A stretch of 64,000 nucleotides of DNA from a bacterium. GTDB lineage: Bacteria; Desulfobacterota; DSWW01. The stretch covers positions 1 through 64,000 of the forward strand of contig JBFLZG010000080.1 of the NCBI GenBank assembly GCA_040756235.1, in the 5' to 3' direction. Both the position numbers and the translations under genes were made by a program. Below are positions 38,173 to 46,492 of this stretch, one piece after another (the stretch's first letter is position 1; each line of letters starts with the position of its first letter). The notes beneath the pieces were generated by a model, which was not told the origin of the DNA, ran no database searches, and was given only the letters and a program-made list of their open reading frames with translations.

Positions 38173-40089
38173 ATGTCCCCAGGAGAGTGCTCCGGAGAGA
38201 TCGAGGAGCTCAAGAAGAGCTGGGCGGACAAGTTCCCTCCCGAGGAGCAGATCTTCGCCAACATCCACCCGGGCGACCAGATCTTCGTGGGCACGGCCTG
38301 CGGCGAGCCCCAGTACCTGGTCCGGGCCCTGATCGACTATGTACGCTCCAATCCCAAGGCCTTCTTCGACGCGGAGATCCTCCAGGTCGTCACGCTGGGC
38401 GTGGCGCCCTACGGGGACCAGAAGTTCAAGAAGAACTTCCGCCACAACCTCTTCTTCATCGCCGGCAACACCCGAACGGCAGTCAATCAGGGGCTCGCGG
38501 ACTACTCGCCCATGTTCCTCTCGCAGGTGCCGAGGGTGTTCTACAGCAAGCTGCAACCGGTCGACGTGGCCATGGTCCAGGTCTCTGCGCCCGACCGCCA
38601 CGGGTACATGAGCCTGGGCGTCAGCCTGGACATCACCCGGGCCGCGGTGGAAAACGCCAGGACCGTCATCGCCCAGATCAACGGCTATATGCCGCGCGTC
38701 CACGGCGACACGTTCCTGCACGTGCGGGACATCGATTACCTCGTCCATCACGACGAGCCTCTGCTCGAGTACGAGGAGAGCGTCCCGGACGAGATCGCCG
38801 GCCGGATCGGGCAGTACGTGGCGCGCATCGTCGAAGACGGAGACACGCTGCAGGTGGGCTACGGCAGCCTGCCGAACGCCATCCTGGCGCAGCTTCGGAG
38901 CAAGCGGCACCTGGGCATCCACACGGAGCTGCTCACCGAGGGCATCGTCGAGCTCATGAAGGAGGGGGTGGTGGACAACAGCCGCAAGACGCTTTTGCGC
39001 GGCAAGACGATCGCCACCTTCTGCATGGGCAACCAGAAGACCTACGAGTACCTGCACGACAACCCGAGCATCGAGTTCAGGACCATCGACTTCACCAACA
39101 ACCCGCTCACGATCGCCCGCAACCGCCACATGACGGCGATCAACAGCGCCCTGCAGGTCGATCTCACGGGCCAATCCTCCTCGGAGTCGATCGGCCGGCA
39201 ATTCTACAGCGGGATCGGAGGCCACGCCGACTTCATGCGCGGCGCGGTCCTGTCTCCGGGCGGCAAGACCATCCTGACGGTCCAGTCCACCGCCGAGGGC
39301 GGAAAGGTCTCCAGGATCGTCCCGTTCCTGCACGAGGGCGCGGGCGTGACGCTCACCCGCGGCGACGTGCAGTACGTCGTGACCGAGTACGGCATCGCTT
39401 ACCTCCAGGGAAAGAACATCCGCGAGCGTGCCATGGACCTCATCGCGATCGCACACCCGAATTTCCGGCAGGGCCTGATCGAAGAGGCGAAGAAAGCGGG
39501 TCTGATCTACCGGGACCAGGCCTTCATCCCCGGCCAGGCGGGAGAGTACCCCGAGTCGCTCGAGACGTACCGGACGACCAAGAGCGGCCAGACCATTCTG
39601 CTGAGGCCGGTCAAGATCAGCGACGAGCCGCTCCTCAAGAACTTTTTCTATTCCCTTTCGGAGAGAACGATCTATTACCGGTTCATTTCGGTGCGCAAGG
39701 ACATGCCCCACGAGCGGCTGCAGGAGTTCGTAGTCATCGACTACACGAAACGAACGGTCATCCTGGCCGTGCTCGAGCAGCCCGAAAAGGAAGAGATCAT
39801 CGGCGTGGGCCAGTACGACATCAGCGGGGACGCCCACACCGGCGACGCGGCCCTGGTGGTGCGAGACGATTACCAGAACCAGGGCATCGGTCATCACCTG
39901 CTCGCCTACCTGACGCAACTGGCCAAGCGCCAGGGGCTGCTCGCCTTCACGGCCAGCGTTCTCATGGAGAACAAGGCCATGCTGCATCTGCTGCGGAAGA
40001 TGGGGTTCGGTATCGAGAAGAGGAGCGAGGGAGGGGTATACGAGATGAGGCTGGCCTTCCGCGAGGGCACGGAGTATGAGAGGCGTTAG
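38173..40089 (+). CDS. Acetyl-CoA hydrolase/CoA-transferase fused to a C-terminal GNAT acetyltransferase
   Basis: ACGEPQ, PDRHGYMSLG, GDTLQVG.G..P, LGIHTE (catalytic Glu), GIGG..DFMRGA, VVTEYGIA. GNAT part ALVVRDDYQNQGIG..LL, VLMENKAM..L.RKMGF. RBS AAGGAG. Confidence 0.9.
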   Translation: MSPGECSGEIEELKKSWADKFPPEEQIFANIHPGDQIFVGTACGEPQYLVRALIDYVRSNPKAFFDAEILQVVTLGVAPYGDQKFKKNFRHNLFFIAGNTRTAVNQGLADYSPMFLSQVPRVFYSKLQPVDVAMVQVSAPDRHGYMSLGVSLDITRAAVENARTVIAQINGYMPRVHGDTFLHVRDIDYLVHHDEPLLEYEESVPDEIAGRIGQYVARIVEDGDTLQVGYGSLPNAILAQLRSKRHLGIHTELLTEGIVELMKEGVVDNSRKTLLRGKTIATFCMGNQKTYEYLHDNPSIEFRTIDFTNNPLTIARNRHMTAINSALQVDLTGQSSSESIGRQFYSGIGGHADFMRGAVLSPGGKTILTVQSTAEGGKVSRIVPFLHEGAGVTLTRGDVQYVVTEYGIAYLQGKNIRERAMDLIAIAHPNFRQGLIEEAKKAGLIYRDQAFIPGQAGEYPESLETYRTTKSGQTILLRPVKISDEPLLKNFFYSLSERTIYYRFISVRKDMPHERLQEFVVIDYTKRTVILAVLEQPEKEEIIGVGQYDISGDAHTGDAALVVRDDYQNQGIGHHLLAYLTQLAKRQGLLAFTASVLMENKAMLHLLRKMGFGIEKRSEGGVYEMRLAFREGTEYERR

Positions 40090-40152
40090 CGACTCGGCCG
40101 CGTTTCCCGCGCCTCGCAGCGGCGCCTGCTTGCCGCGCCCGGAAACAGTGAA

Positions 40153-40253
40153 CTCCCTCTCCCCCGCTGCACGGGGGAGAGGGTCGGAGTAGGGGGGAAC
40201 GAGGGCAGATGCACCCCTCATCCTGGCCTTCTCCCCTCGGTGAGGGGAGAAGG
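40153..40253. repeat. Paired CCCTCTCCCC...GGGGAGAGGG / CCCCTCATCCT..CCTTCTCCCC hairpin repeats (family C)
   Basis: Related copies at ~3100-3130, 43205-43233, 50498-50540 and 50619-50660. Confidence 0.7.
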
Positions 40254-40321
40254 TGCGAGCCCTGGGACGGCAGGAATCTTGCACGCCAAGAGGTTACGCG
40301 CAGAGTAAACGGGGAGCACCC

Positions 40322-41173
40322 GTGCACTATCTGGCTTTGAACGGCAGGATCGTTCCCGAAGAGCAGGCCTTCATTTCACCGCTCGACCGCGGGTTCCTGT
40401 ACGGAGACGGCCTGTTCGAGACCCTGAAAGCGCGACGGGACCGCATCTTCTTCCTGGACAGGCACCTTGCCCGCCTCGAGCGGGACTGCCTGTTCCTGGG
40501 GATCTCTTTCCCGGCCGGGCTGGACTACCGGGGTCTGATCCTGGAGCTTCTGGAAAGGAATCGGATCCGCGGCGACGGCGCCGTGAAGATCCATGTCACC
40601 CGCGGGAGGCACGAGGGGCTGCTCTATCTGCACGAGTCTCCGTCGCCGACGGTGACGATCCTGGCGAGCCCCTACCAGGCGGCGGCCCCGGACAAATGGG
40701 AGCAAGGGCTCAGCGTGTCCGTGGAGACGGACATCCGGCAGAATCCCTCGAGCGGTCTGTGCCAGGCGAAGACGCTGAATTACCTCTTCTACCTGCTCCT
40801 GCGGACGCGCGCTCGCGCAAAGGGTTTCGAAGACGCGGTGATCCTGAATCACGACGGAGACGTCTGCGAGTGCACGGCATCCAATCTGTTCGCCTTTCGG
40901 GGCGGGCGGCTGCAGACGCCTGAAGTGACTTGCGGGCTCCTGCCGGGCGTTCTGCGCGAAACGCTGATCGAGTGCATGGCCGAGGCAGGCGAGCCGGTGG
41001 TGGAGGCGAGGCTCTCCACGGAGGAGTTGCTGGAGAGCGCAGAGGTCTTCGTCACCAACTCCCTTGCCGAAGTGCTTCCGGTCGGTCGGATCGACGGGAA
41101 GGTCCTGCCCGTCAGGGACAAGACGAAGGCCGTGCGGGCGCGCTACCAGGCCTGGATAAAGGACAAAAGGTAA
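40322..41173 (+). CDS. pabC: Class IV PLP enzyme, likely aminodeoxychorismate lyase
   Basis: DRGFLYGDGLFET, HLARL, KTLNY, ECTASNLF, LLPGVLR, EVFVTNS. Neighbours pabA/pabB. Confidence 0.8.
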   Translation: MHYLALNGRIVPEEQAFISPLDRGFLYGDGLFETLKARRDRIFFLDRHLARLERDCLFLGISFPAGLDYRGLILELLERNRIRGDGAVKIHVTRGRHEGLLYLHESPSPTVTILASPYQAAAPDKWEQGLSVSVETDIRQNPSSGLCQAKTLNYLFYLLLRTRARAKGFEDAVILNHDGDVCECTASNLFAFRGGRLQTPEVTCGLLPGVLRETLIECMAEAGEPVVEARLSTEELLESAEVFVTNSLAEVLPVGRIDGKVLPVRDKTKAVRARYQAWIKDKR

Positions 41174-41188
41174 TCTCGAGGAAACGGT

Positions 41189-42274
41189 ATGGGCAGGATC
41201 TACTACATCGGCTCGACGAGCGCCGGATCCGGCAGAAGCCTGACCGCCTGGATGGTCGCGGAGGCGCTGCTCGGCCAGGGTCTGCGGCCCGGATTCGTCA
41301 AGTGCATCCCGGAAAGCCAGGACGGCGAGGAACAGCTCCACGAGGATGCGGACGTGGTTCTCTTCCGGGACCTGCTCGGGCGCGAGAGATCGCGGCCCCT
41401 GTGGCCGCTCCCGGCTGAAAGGACGCCGTCCCCCGGGGAGGCGCCGGGCCTGACGATCGAAGGCGCGGCAGCCAGGATCCGGGAGTGGGCCGACTCGTGG
41501 GGATCGGCCGTTGTGATGGGCTCCGCCCGGATCTTCTCGGACTCCCTCTCCCGGCCCATTTCGGAGATCAGTCTCATCCAGCGGCTCAGGGCCGAGGTCT
41601 TTCTCCTGGATCGGTACGAGGCCGAGGCAGACTCGATTTACAGCCTCCTCTCGCTCCAGTCTCTCCTCAAGGGGCTGACCCGCTGCCTGATCCTCAACCG
41701 GGTCCCGTTCGGCCACCCTGTGGCCAGGCTGCCGGGCATTCAGAGACTCAGGGCCGGGGAGAAGCACATTCCACCCATCGCTCTCATCCCGGAGGACAGC
41801 ATGCTCTCGTCGCTGTCCGTGGGAGAGATCGGCCAGGCCCTGCCCGCGCGGATCATGAGCGGAGAAGAGACGGCCGGCCGCAGGTTCTGCCGCGTGAGCC
41901 TTGGAGCGCAGCATCTCCACGGGTCCCTGCGGGTCTTCCGTCACGCCCTGGGCAGAGTCCTCCTGCTCGCGCCGCCGGACCCCGGGGCGCCGCGCCTCGA
42001 CGGCATGGAAGCAGGCTCCGTCGCAGGCATCCTCCTGGCCGGGCCGCGCCTGCCGAGCCCGGCCCTGCTCGAGGCCGCGCGAGCGGCGCACATCTCCCTC
42101 ATGCATACGGAACTGGAGAGCTTTGCCGCTCTGGAGCGCCTGCAGAACATCCTGGTTTCGGTCCGCTCGGGAGAGCGGTACAAGAAGGAGCGCTTCGCGG
42201 AGCTCGTCCTCCGGGATCTCGGCGTCCCGGATATCCTGGCCTGCAATAGAGGGGAAAGTGGCCTGGATCCGTAA
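41189..42274 (+). CDS. Pta N-terminal-like (BioD-like P-loop + DRTGG) protein, degenerate
   Basis: IGSTSAGSGRS (degenerate P-loop), G.RPGFVK, LILNRVP, ALIPED..L..LSV.EI..AL, AGILLAG...P...LEAA....I.L. Confidence 0.7.
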   Translation: MGRIYYIGSTSAGSGRSLTAWMVAEALLGQGLRPGFVKCIPESQDGEEQLHEDADVVLFRDLLGRERSRPLWPLPAERTPSPGEAPGLTIEGAAARIREWADSWGSAVVMGSARIFSDSLSRPISEISLIQRLRAEVFLLDRYEAEADSIYSLLSLQSLLKGLTRCLILNRVPFGHPVARLPGIQRLRAGEKHIPPIALIPEDSMLSSLSVGEIGQALPARIMSGEETAGRRFCRVSLGAQHLHGSLRVFRHALGRVLLLAPPDPGAPRLDGMEAGSVAGILLAGPRLPSPALLEAARAAHISLMHTELESFAALERLQNILVSVRSGERYKKERFAELVLRDLGVPDILACNRGESGLDP

Positions 42275-43067
42275 GATCAACCAGCTTTCCATGTCGGAGA
42301 AACAGGGCCTGTACCGGTTTCTGATTCCTCCCGACCTGTTCGGCCGCTTCAAGGTCCACCCCCTGAGCCTGCGAGGCCTCTCGGGCGCGCGTTGCGTCCG
42401 TTTTTACTGCCCGGCCAGCGACCCGGTCGCGCTCATCGAGCTCAAGAGGGACCCCGCGGACCCGGACCCGGTCTTCTCCATCCAGGTCTCGGACAACACG
42501 GACGCCCATTCGCTCGAATGGGATTTCCTCATCGTGAACGACCCCGACGGACCACGCTTCCGCATCGACGTGGACGAGCAGGGGCGGGACACGCTGTTCG
42601 GCCGCGCCGGCCGCAACCTCCCGGAAGAGCAAAAGGCTCTGGATGCGGGCTTGTTCCCCGGCCAGATCCGGCCCGGCCTGCGCGTCACCAGGACCGTGGT
42701 CCAATGCCTCGATCTGTTCGCGCGGACCTTCTCCGTCAAGTCGATCTTCCTCGAGGCCCTGTTCTACCACAACGCCATCCAGTACGAGCGCATGGGCTTT
42801 ACCTACTTCGAGGGATACCACCGCATGAGACGCATCCACGAGGCCTTTCAGCCCGGCGGCGTGCTCGAGCGCCGTCTGCACGGCTCGTCCCCCTTCCGTC
42901 AGCCCGGCTTCGGCGGCACCATCCGGGGCAGGAGCTGGGCCATCCACGACGGCATCCTGGACGGAGTCGAAGACGAGATCCTGGCGGATGGCTGGGCGTC
43001 CCCCCGCATGTACCGCATGACCGGCCAGCTCCACTCGGAATGCACCTTCCCGGACGCCCGATTCTGA
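42258..43067 (+). CDS. Conserved hypothetical protein with GNAT-like motifs
   Basis: GTG start after GAGGGG, overlapping the upstream stop. GLFPGQIRPGLR...V..L..FA (motif A-like) and LEALFYHNAIQYERMGF (motif B-like). Confidence 0.7.
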   Translation: MAWIRKINQLSMSEKQGLYRFLIPPDLFGRFKVHPLSLRGLSGARCVRFYCPASDPVALIELKRDPADPDPVFSIQVSDNTDAHSLEWDFLIVNDPDGPRFRIDVDEQGRDTLFGRAGRNLPEEQKALDAGLFPGQIRPGLRVTRTVVQCLDLFARTFSVKSIFLEALFYHNAIQYERMGFTYFEGYHRMRRIHEAFQPGGVLERRLHGSSPFRQPGFGGTIRGRSWAIHDGILDGVEDEILADGWASPRMYRMTGQLHSECTFPDARF

Positions 43068-43260
43068 GCGGTCCGAACCGGCAAGGGCGCCAGCATGCGT
43101 CGCCCCTACAAGAGGCGGTCCGCCCGCGTTCCCTTCGCGGGCGCAGCAAGCAGCGCCCCTACAAGAGACTCCCCCTCTTTCATGGTGGCTGTCGGAGGAT
43201 GAATTCCCTCTCCCCCGCGCGCGAGGGAGGGGGAAGAGAGAGGGCCTGGGGCCCGCCGCT

Positions 43261-43296
43261 TGATACCTGACACCTGAAACCTGATACCCGACACCT
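43261..43296. repeat. Heptamer tandem repeat (TGAHACC) x5
   Basis: TGATACC TGACACC TGAAACC TGATACC CGACACC. A related tract lies at ~22260-22310. Confidence 0.7.
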
Positions 43297-43307
43297 CTCT
43301 TCCCCTC

Positions 43308-43340
43308 TCGGTTTTTCTTACAGGTTGGAAAGATTCCCGA
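43308..43340. promoter_or_regulatory. Putative upstream activating sequence shared with the acs promoter
   Basis: TCGGTTTTTCTTACAG-G-TTGGAAAGATTCCCGA. The left 16 nt match 48732-48747 at 15 of 16 positions. Confidence 0.6.
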
Positions 43341-43438
43341 CAGGCTCCTGCCCGTGCGCGGGGCGCTCGCCCGCCGGAAACCGCAAGAAACGGCTCCCTT
43401 GAAAGTCGCAGGAACGGGGCACCGAGGCACGGCGCTCC

Positions 43439-43454
43439 TGGCATGGGCATTGCT
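43439..43454 (+). promoter_or_regulatory. Sigma54 (-24/-12) promoter of the MFS gene
   Basis: TGGCAT-GGGCA-TTGCT, close to consensus TGGCAC-N5-TTGCW. Confidence 0.7.
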
Positions 43455-43587
43455 CAGCAGATCCTCAACGGTTGCAGACCGTCGACCGCGCTCGCGCCGC
43501 AGCTGCGGCCGTAGCCTTCTAAACCGGCTCTGAACGTTACCGTGACTCTGCGTCCGTCACCTTTTTGGGCAAGAGAGGGCAAAGGAG

Positions 43588-44841
43588 ATGAGTGACGACA
43601 AGTGGAAGCCCTGGCTCGTGACCCTCTCCGGCACCGGTATCAACCTGGCGCTGGGCGTGCTGTACACCTGGAGCGTGATCTCGAAGGGAATCCCGGCCGA
43701 GTGGGGGTGGAGCGAAACCCAACGGGCCTTGCCCTATTCCGTGGCCTGTCTGGTCTTTGCCCTGATGATGGTGCCTGCAGGCCGCATGCAGGACAAGATC
43801 GGACCCCGGATGGTGGCCACCATCGGCGGCATCCTCACCGGATTGGGCCTGATCTTTGCCAGCCGGTTCACCAACATCTGGATGTTCGTCATCGGGTTCG
43901 GTCTGCTTGCCGGTTCCGGAATCGGTTTCGGCTACGCGTCGGCGACGCCCCCTGCGGTCAAGTGGTTTCCCCCTGCCAAGACCGGCATGGTGGTCGGGAT
44001 CGTGGTCGCCGGCTTCGGGCTGGCCTCGGTCTACATCTCTCCGCTCGCCAATTTTCTGATCGCGGGCTACGGCGTCCCCACGACCATGCTGATATTCGGG
44101 ATCGGCTTTCTCATCGTGGTCTGCTGCCTCTCGCAGTTTCTCTCGAACCCGCCCCCGGTGCCGACACCCAAGACCGTGGCCAAGGGCGTCGGGGCTGCCC
44201 CTGCCCCCAAGGCCAGATCCGACTTCTCGCCTTCCGAGGTCCTGAAGACCCCGGCCTTCTATCTGATCTGGATGGCCTATTTCTTCGCCGCCGGGGCGGG
44301 GCTCATGGTCATCGGTAAGCTGGCCAAGATGGTGGATGCCCAGGCCGGGTTCAAGGCCGGCTTCCTGCTCGTGGCCCTGCTGGCGATCGGCAACGCGGGC
44401 GGCCGGGTCGTCGCGGGTTTCGTCTCGGACAAGATCGGCCGCACCCGGGTGCTGGCCATCTGCGTGACCCTGCAGGCTTTGCTCATGTTCCTCATGCCGT
44501 CTCTGAGATCGGCGCCGGTCATGATCCTGTTCTCGATCCTCATGGGCTTCAATTACGGATCCAACCTCGCCATCTTTCCTTCCATAACCAAAGACTTCTT
44601 CGGCCTCAAGAACTTCGGGGTGAACTACGGGCTGGTGTTCACGGCCTGGGGCGTGGGAGGGTTCGTGCTGCCCACGATGTCCGGCATGATCTACGATGCC
44701 ACGCAGAGCTTCCAGTACGCCTTTTACGCGGCAGGCGGCGTATGTCTGCTGACTCTGATGCTCTCCACCGTCATTCGCAAGCCGGCCGCCGCCGGGGAGC
44801 CGGTTCTCGTTCAGAAGAACGCGTTCGGAAGCACTTCCTAG
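43588..44841 (+). CDS. OFA-family (oxalate:formate antiporter / monocarboxylate) MFS transporter
   Basis: NLALGVLYTWSV, GRMQDKIGPR, G.GIGFGY....P...KWFP..K.GM..G...AGFG, N..GR...G.VSDKIGR, NFGVNYGLVFTAWG. Confidence 0.9.
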   Translation: MSDDKWKPWLVTLSGTGINLALGVLYTWSVISKGIPAEWGWSETQRALPYSVACLVFALMMVPAGRMQDKIGPRMVATIGGILTGLGLIFASRFTNIWMFVIGFGLLAGSGIGFGYASATPPAVKWFPPAKTGMVVGIVVAGFGLASVYISPLANFLIAGYGVPTTMLIFGIGFLIVVCCLSQFLSNPPPVPTPKTVAKGVGAAPAPKARSDFSPSEVLKTPAFYLIWMAYFFAAGAGLMVIGKLAKMVDAQAGFKAGFLLVALLAIGNAGGRVVAGFVSDKIGRTRVLAICVTLQALLMFLMPSLRSAPVMILFSILMGFNYGSNLAIFPSITKDFFGLKNFGVNYGLVFTAWGVGGFVLPTMSGMIYDATQSFQYAFYAAGGVCLLTLMLSTVIRKPAAAGEPVLVQKNAFGSTS

Positions 44842-44887
44842 GGCAGCCCCTGCACAGTCTCACAGGTCTGAATCGTGGAAGAGGGAA

Positions 44888-44925
44888 AGAGGGCAGCTCC
44901 GGGCTCATCCGGAGCTGCCCTCTTC
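44888..44925. terminator. Stem-loop between the convergent MFS and porin genes
   Basis: AAGAGGGCAGCTCCGG...CCGGAGCTGCCCTCTT followed by a CTT-rich tail. Confidence 0.7.
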
Positions 44926-45008
44926 TTCTTGGCGGTCACCGCCACCCCAGCCGGTTGCAGGGGCTGGTTTCAAACCTGCCCTGCCCCTGCCCGGAAGGCG
45001 TGCGTTTC

Positions 45009-46340
45009 TCAGAAGCGGAAGATCATCGAGGTCTGCGCCCGGAGCGCGTCGCCGTCCTCGAGATCCCTGTACTTGGTGCCCCACCAGGAGAGCTCGACGC
45101 CCACCCTCACGGCCGGGTTGATGTCGTAGGCGAGCATTCCCCAGCAGGTGTAGTTCCGGGTGCGGCCCCTTGTGAGCACGTCATCGCTGTCCGGGTGGTC
45201 CACGCTATACCCGAGGCTGCTCCGGAAGCCGTTCCACGGACCCAGGACGACGTTCCCCCAGCCTCCCATGGAAGCGACAGACCAGTCGCGGATGAACGTC
45301 CCGGTCACCTTGCCGCCGTTGAGGAATTCGCCGTCGGTCGTCTCGATCACCACGCCCTGCCCGACGCCGCCCAGGTACGAATCGAGGTCCCTCCCCGTCC
45401 AGTACTCGCCCTTCAGGGTCAGCCAGTCGGTGATGACGATCAGGATGTCCGCACAGGCCGACCAGGTCTCCATATGCGTGTCGTCGCCGGTCGCGTCCTT
45501 GTCATACTCTTCCTCGCCCCAGTGACCGGAGACGCCGAAGCTCGATTTCTTGCCGTTGAACAGAGGAAAGCTCACCGCGTAGCGAGCCTGGACGGTCGGG
45601 AATCCCGCGTCTTTCCCGGTGTCATAGGCGCTGTCCTCGGGGTTGAACGGCCCGAAGTGTCCGATCGTGCGGGCGATGGCAACTTGCGCCTGGAACTGGA
45701 TGTCCTTCGCCCAAGTGAAGGTCTTGGTCCCCCGGAACTGCGGCCTGCGGTACCCGATGTTCCCGACCCACCAGCCGACCGAGTAGTTCAAGGTGTCCGG
45801 CCAGAGAGGCGACACCACGTCGCTCGTCTGGCCTGCGAGCACGCTCCATCCGGACTTGGGCCAGTCGAGCTGCAGGTAGGCGTGGCGCATCATGGGACGG
45901 TTCTTGTTCTCCGCGCCGCCCTCGTAGAAGTCCATCTCGATCCTGCCGCCCGTCTGCATGGAGTCGATGGTGGGACCTTGCAGCATGAACCCGAAGCGCG
46001 ATTCCCGGGCCGTCAGGTTGAACTGGTCGTCATCCTTATTGAGCTCCTCGGACTCGATCCAGCGGGCGTAATTTCCGGCATCGTTTGCCCGGGCCGTCAT
46101 GTACGCGGCATCCCCTTTGATGAAGCCATAGAGCTCTGCACCGAACTTGCTCCTGAGGGCCGGCTTTTCCTCCGGCGCTCGAGGTTTTTCCAACTGGCTC
46201 TTGAGCTGGCTCACGTCGCTCTCGAGGCGGTCGATCCGTTCCTTGAGCTCCGCATTTTCCCGCTCCAGGGCGGTCTGCGCGTGCGCCGTTCCGATCATGA
46301 GCGCGACCGCTGTCAGGGCCGAGATCACTGTGATTCGCAT
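45009..46340 (-). CDS. DcaP-like outer-membrane porin with a periplasmic coiled coil
   Basis: Signal peptide, coiled coil ENAELKERIDRLE, LYGFIKGD, ARESRFG, IEMDFY, MRHAY, LAGQT, RRPQFR, C-terminal Phe. Confidence 0.8.
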   Translation of the reverse strand: MRITVISALTAVALMIGTAHAQTALERENAELKERIDRLESDVSQLKSQLEKPRAPEEKPALRSKFGAELYGFIKGDAAYMTARANDAGNYARWIESEELNKDDDQFNLTARESRFGFMLQGPTIDSMQTGGRIEMDFYEGGAENKNRPMMRHAYLQLDWPKSGWSVLAGQTSDVVSPLWPDTLNYSVGWWVGNIGYRRPQFRGTKTFTWAKDIQFQAQVAIARTIGHFGPFNPEDSAYDTGKDAGFPTVQARYAVSFPLFNGKKSSFGVSGHWGEEEYDKDATGDDTHMETWSACADILIVITDWLTLKGEYWTGRDLDSYLGGVGQGVVIETTDGEFLNGGKVTGTFIRDWSVASMGGWGNVVLGPWNGFRSSLGYSVDHPDSDDVLTRGRTRNYTCWGMLAYDINPAVRVGVELSWWGTKYRDLEDGDALRAQTSMIFRF

Positions 46341-46423
46341 GGACCTTTCCCCTCTGCTGCTCGAATCCGGATGAAAAAGGTATCCGCTTGACGACGAAGG
46401 GTCCGCTGGATCTGTACAAAGGG

Positions 46424-46449
46424 AGAGCCCCTCCGAGCGGAGGGGCTCT
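46424..46449. terminator. Stem-loop between acs and the porin gene
   Basis: AGAGCCCCTCCG-AG-CGGAGGGGCTCT, with a CCCTTT tail on the minus strand. Confidence 0.6.
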
Positions 46450-46492
46450 GTCGACTCATGTTCCGGGCTCCGTGCAAAGCGAGAGCACCGCC

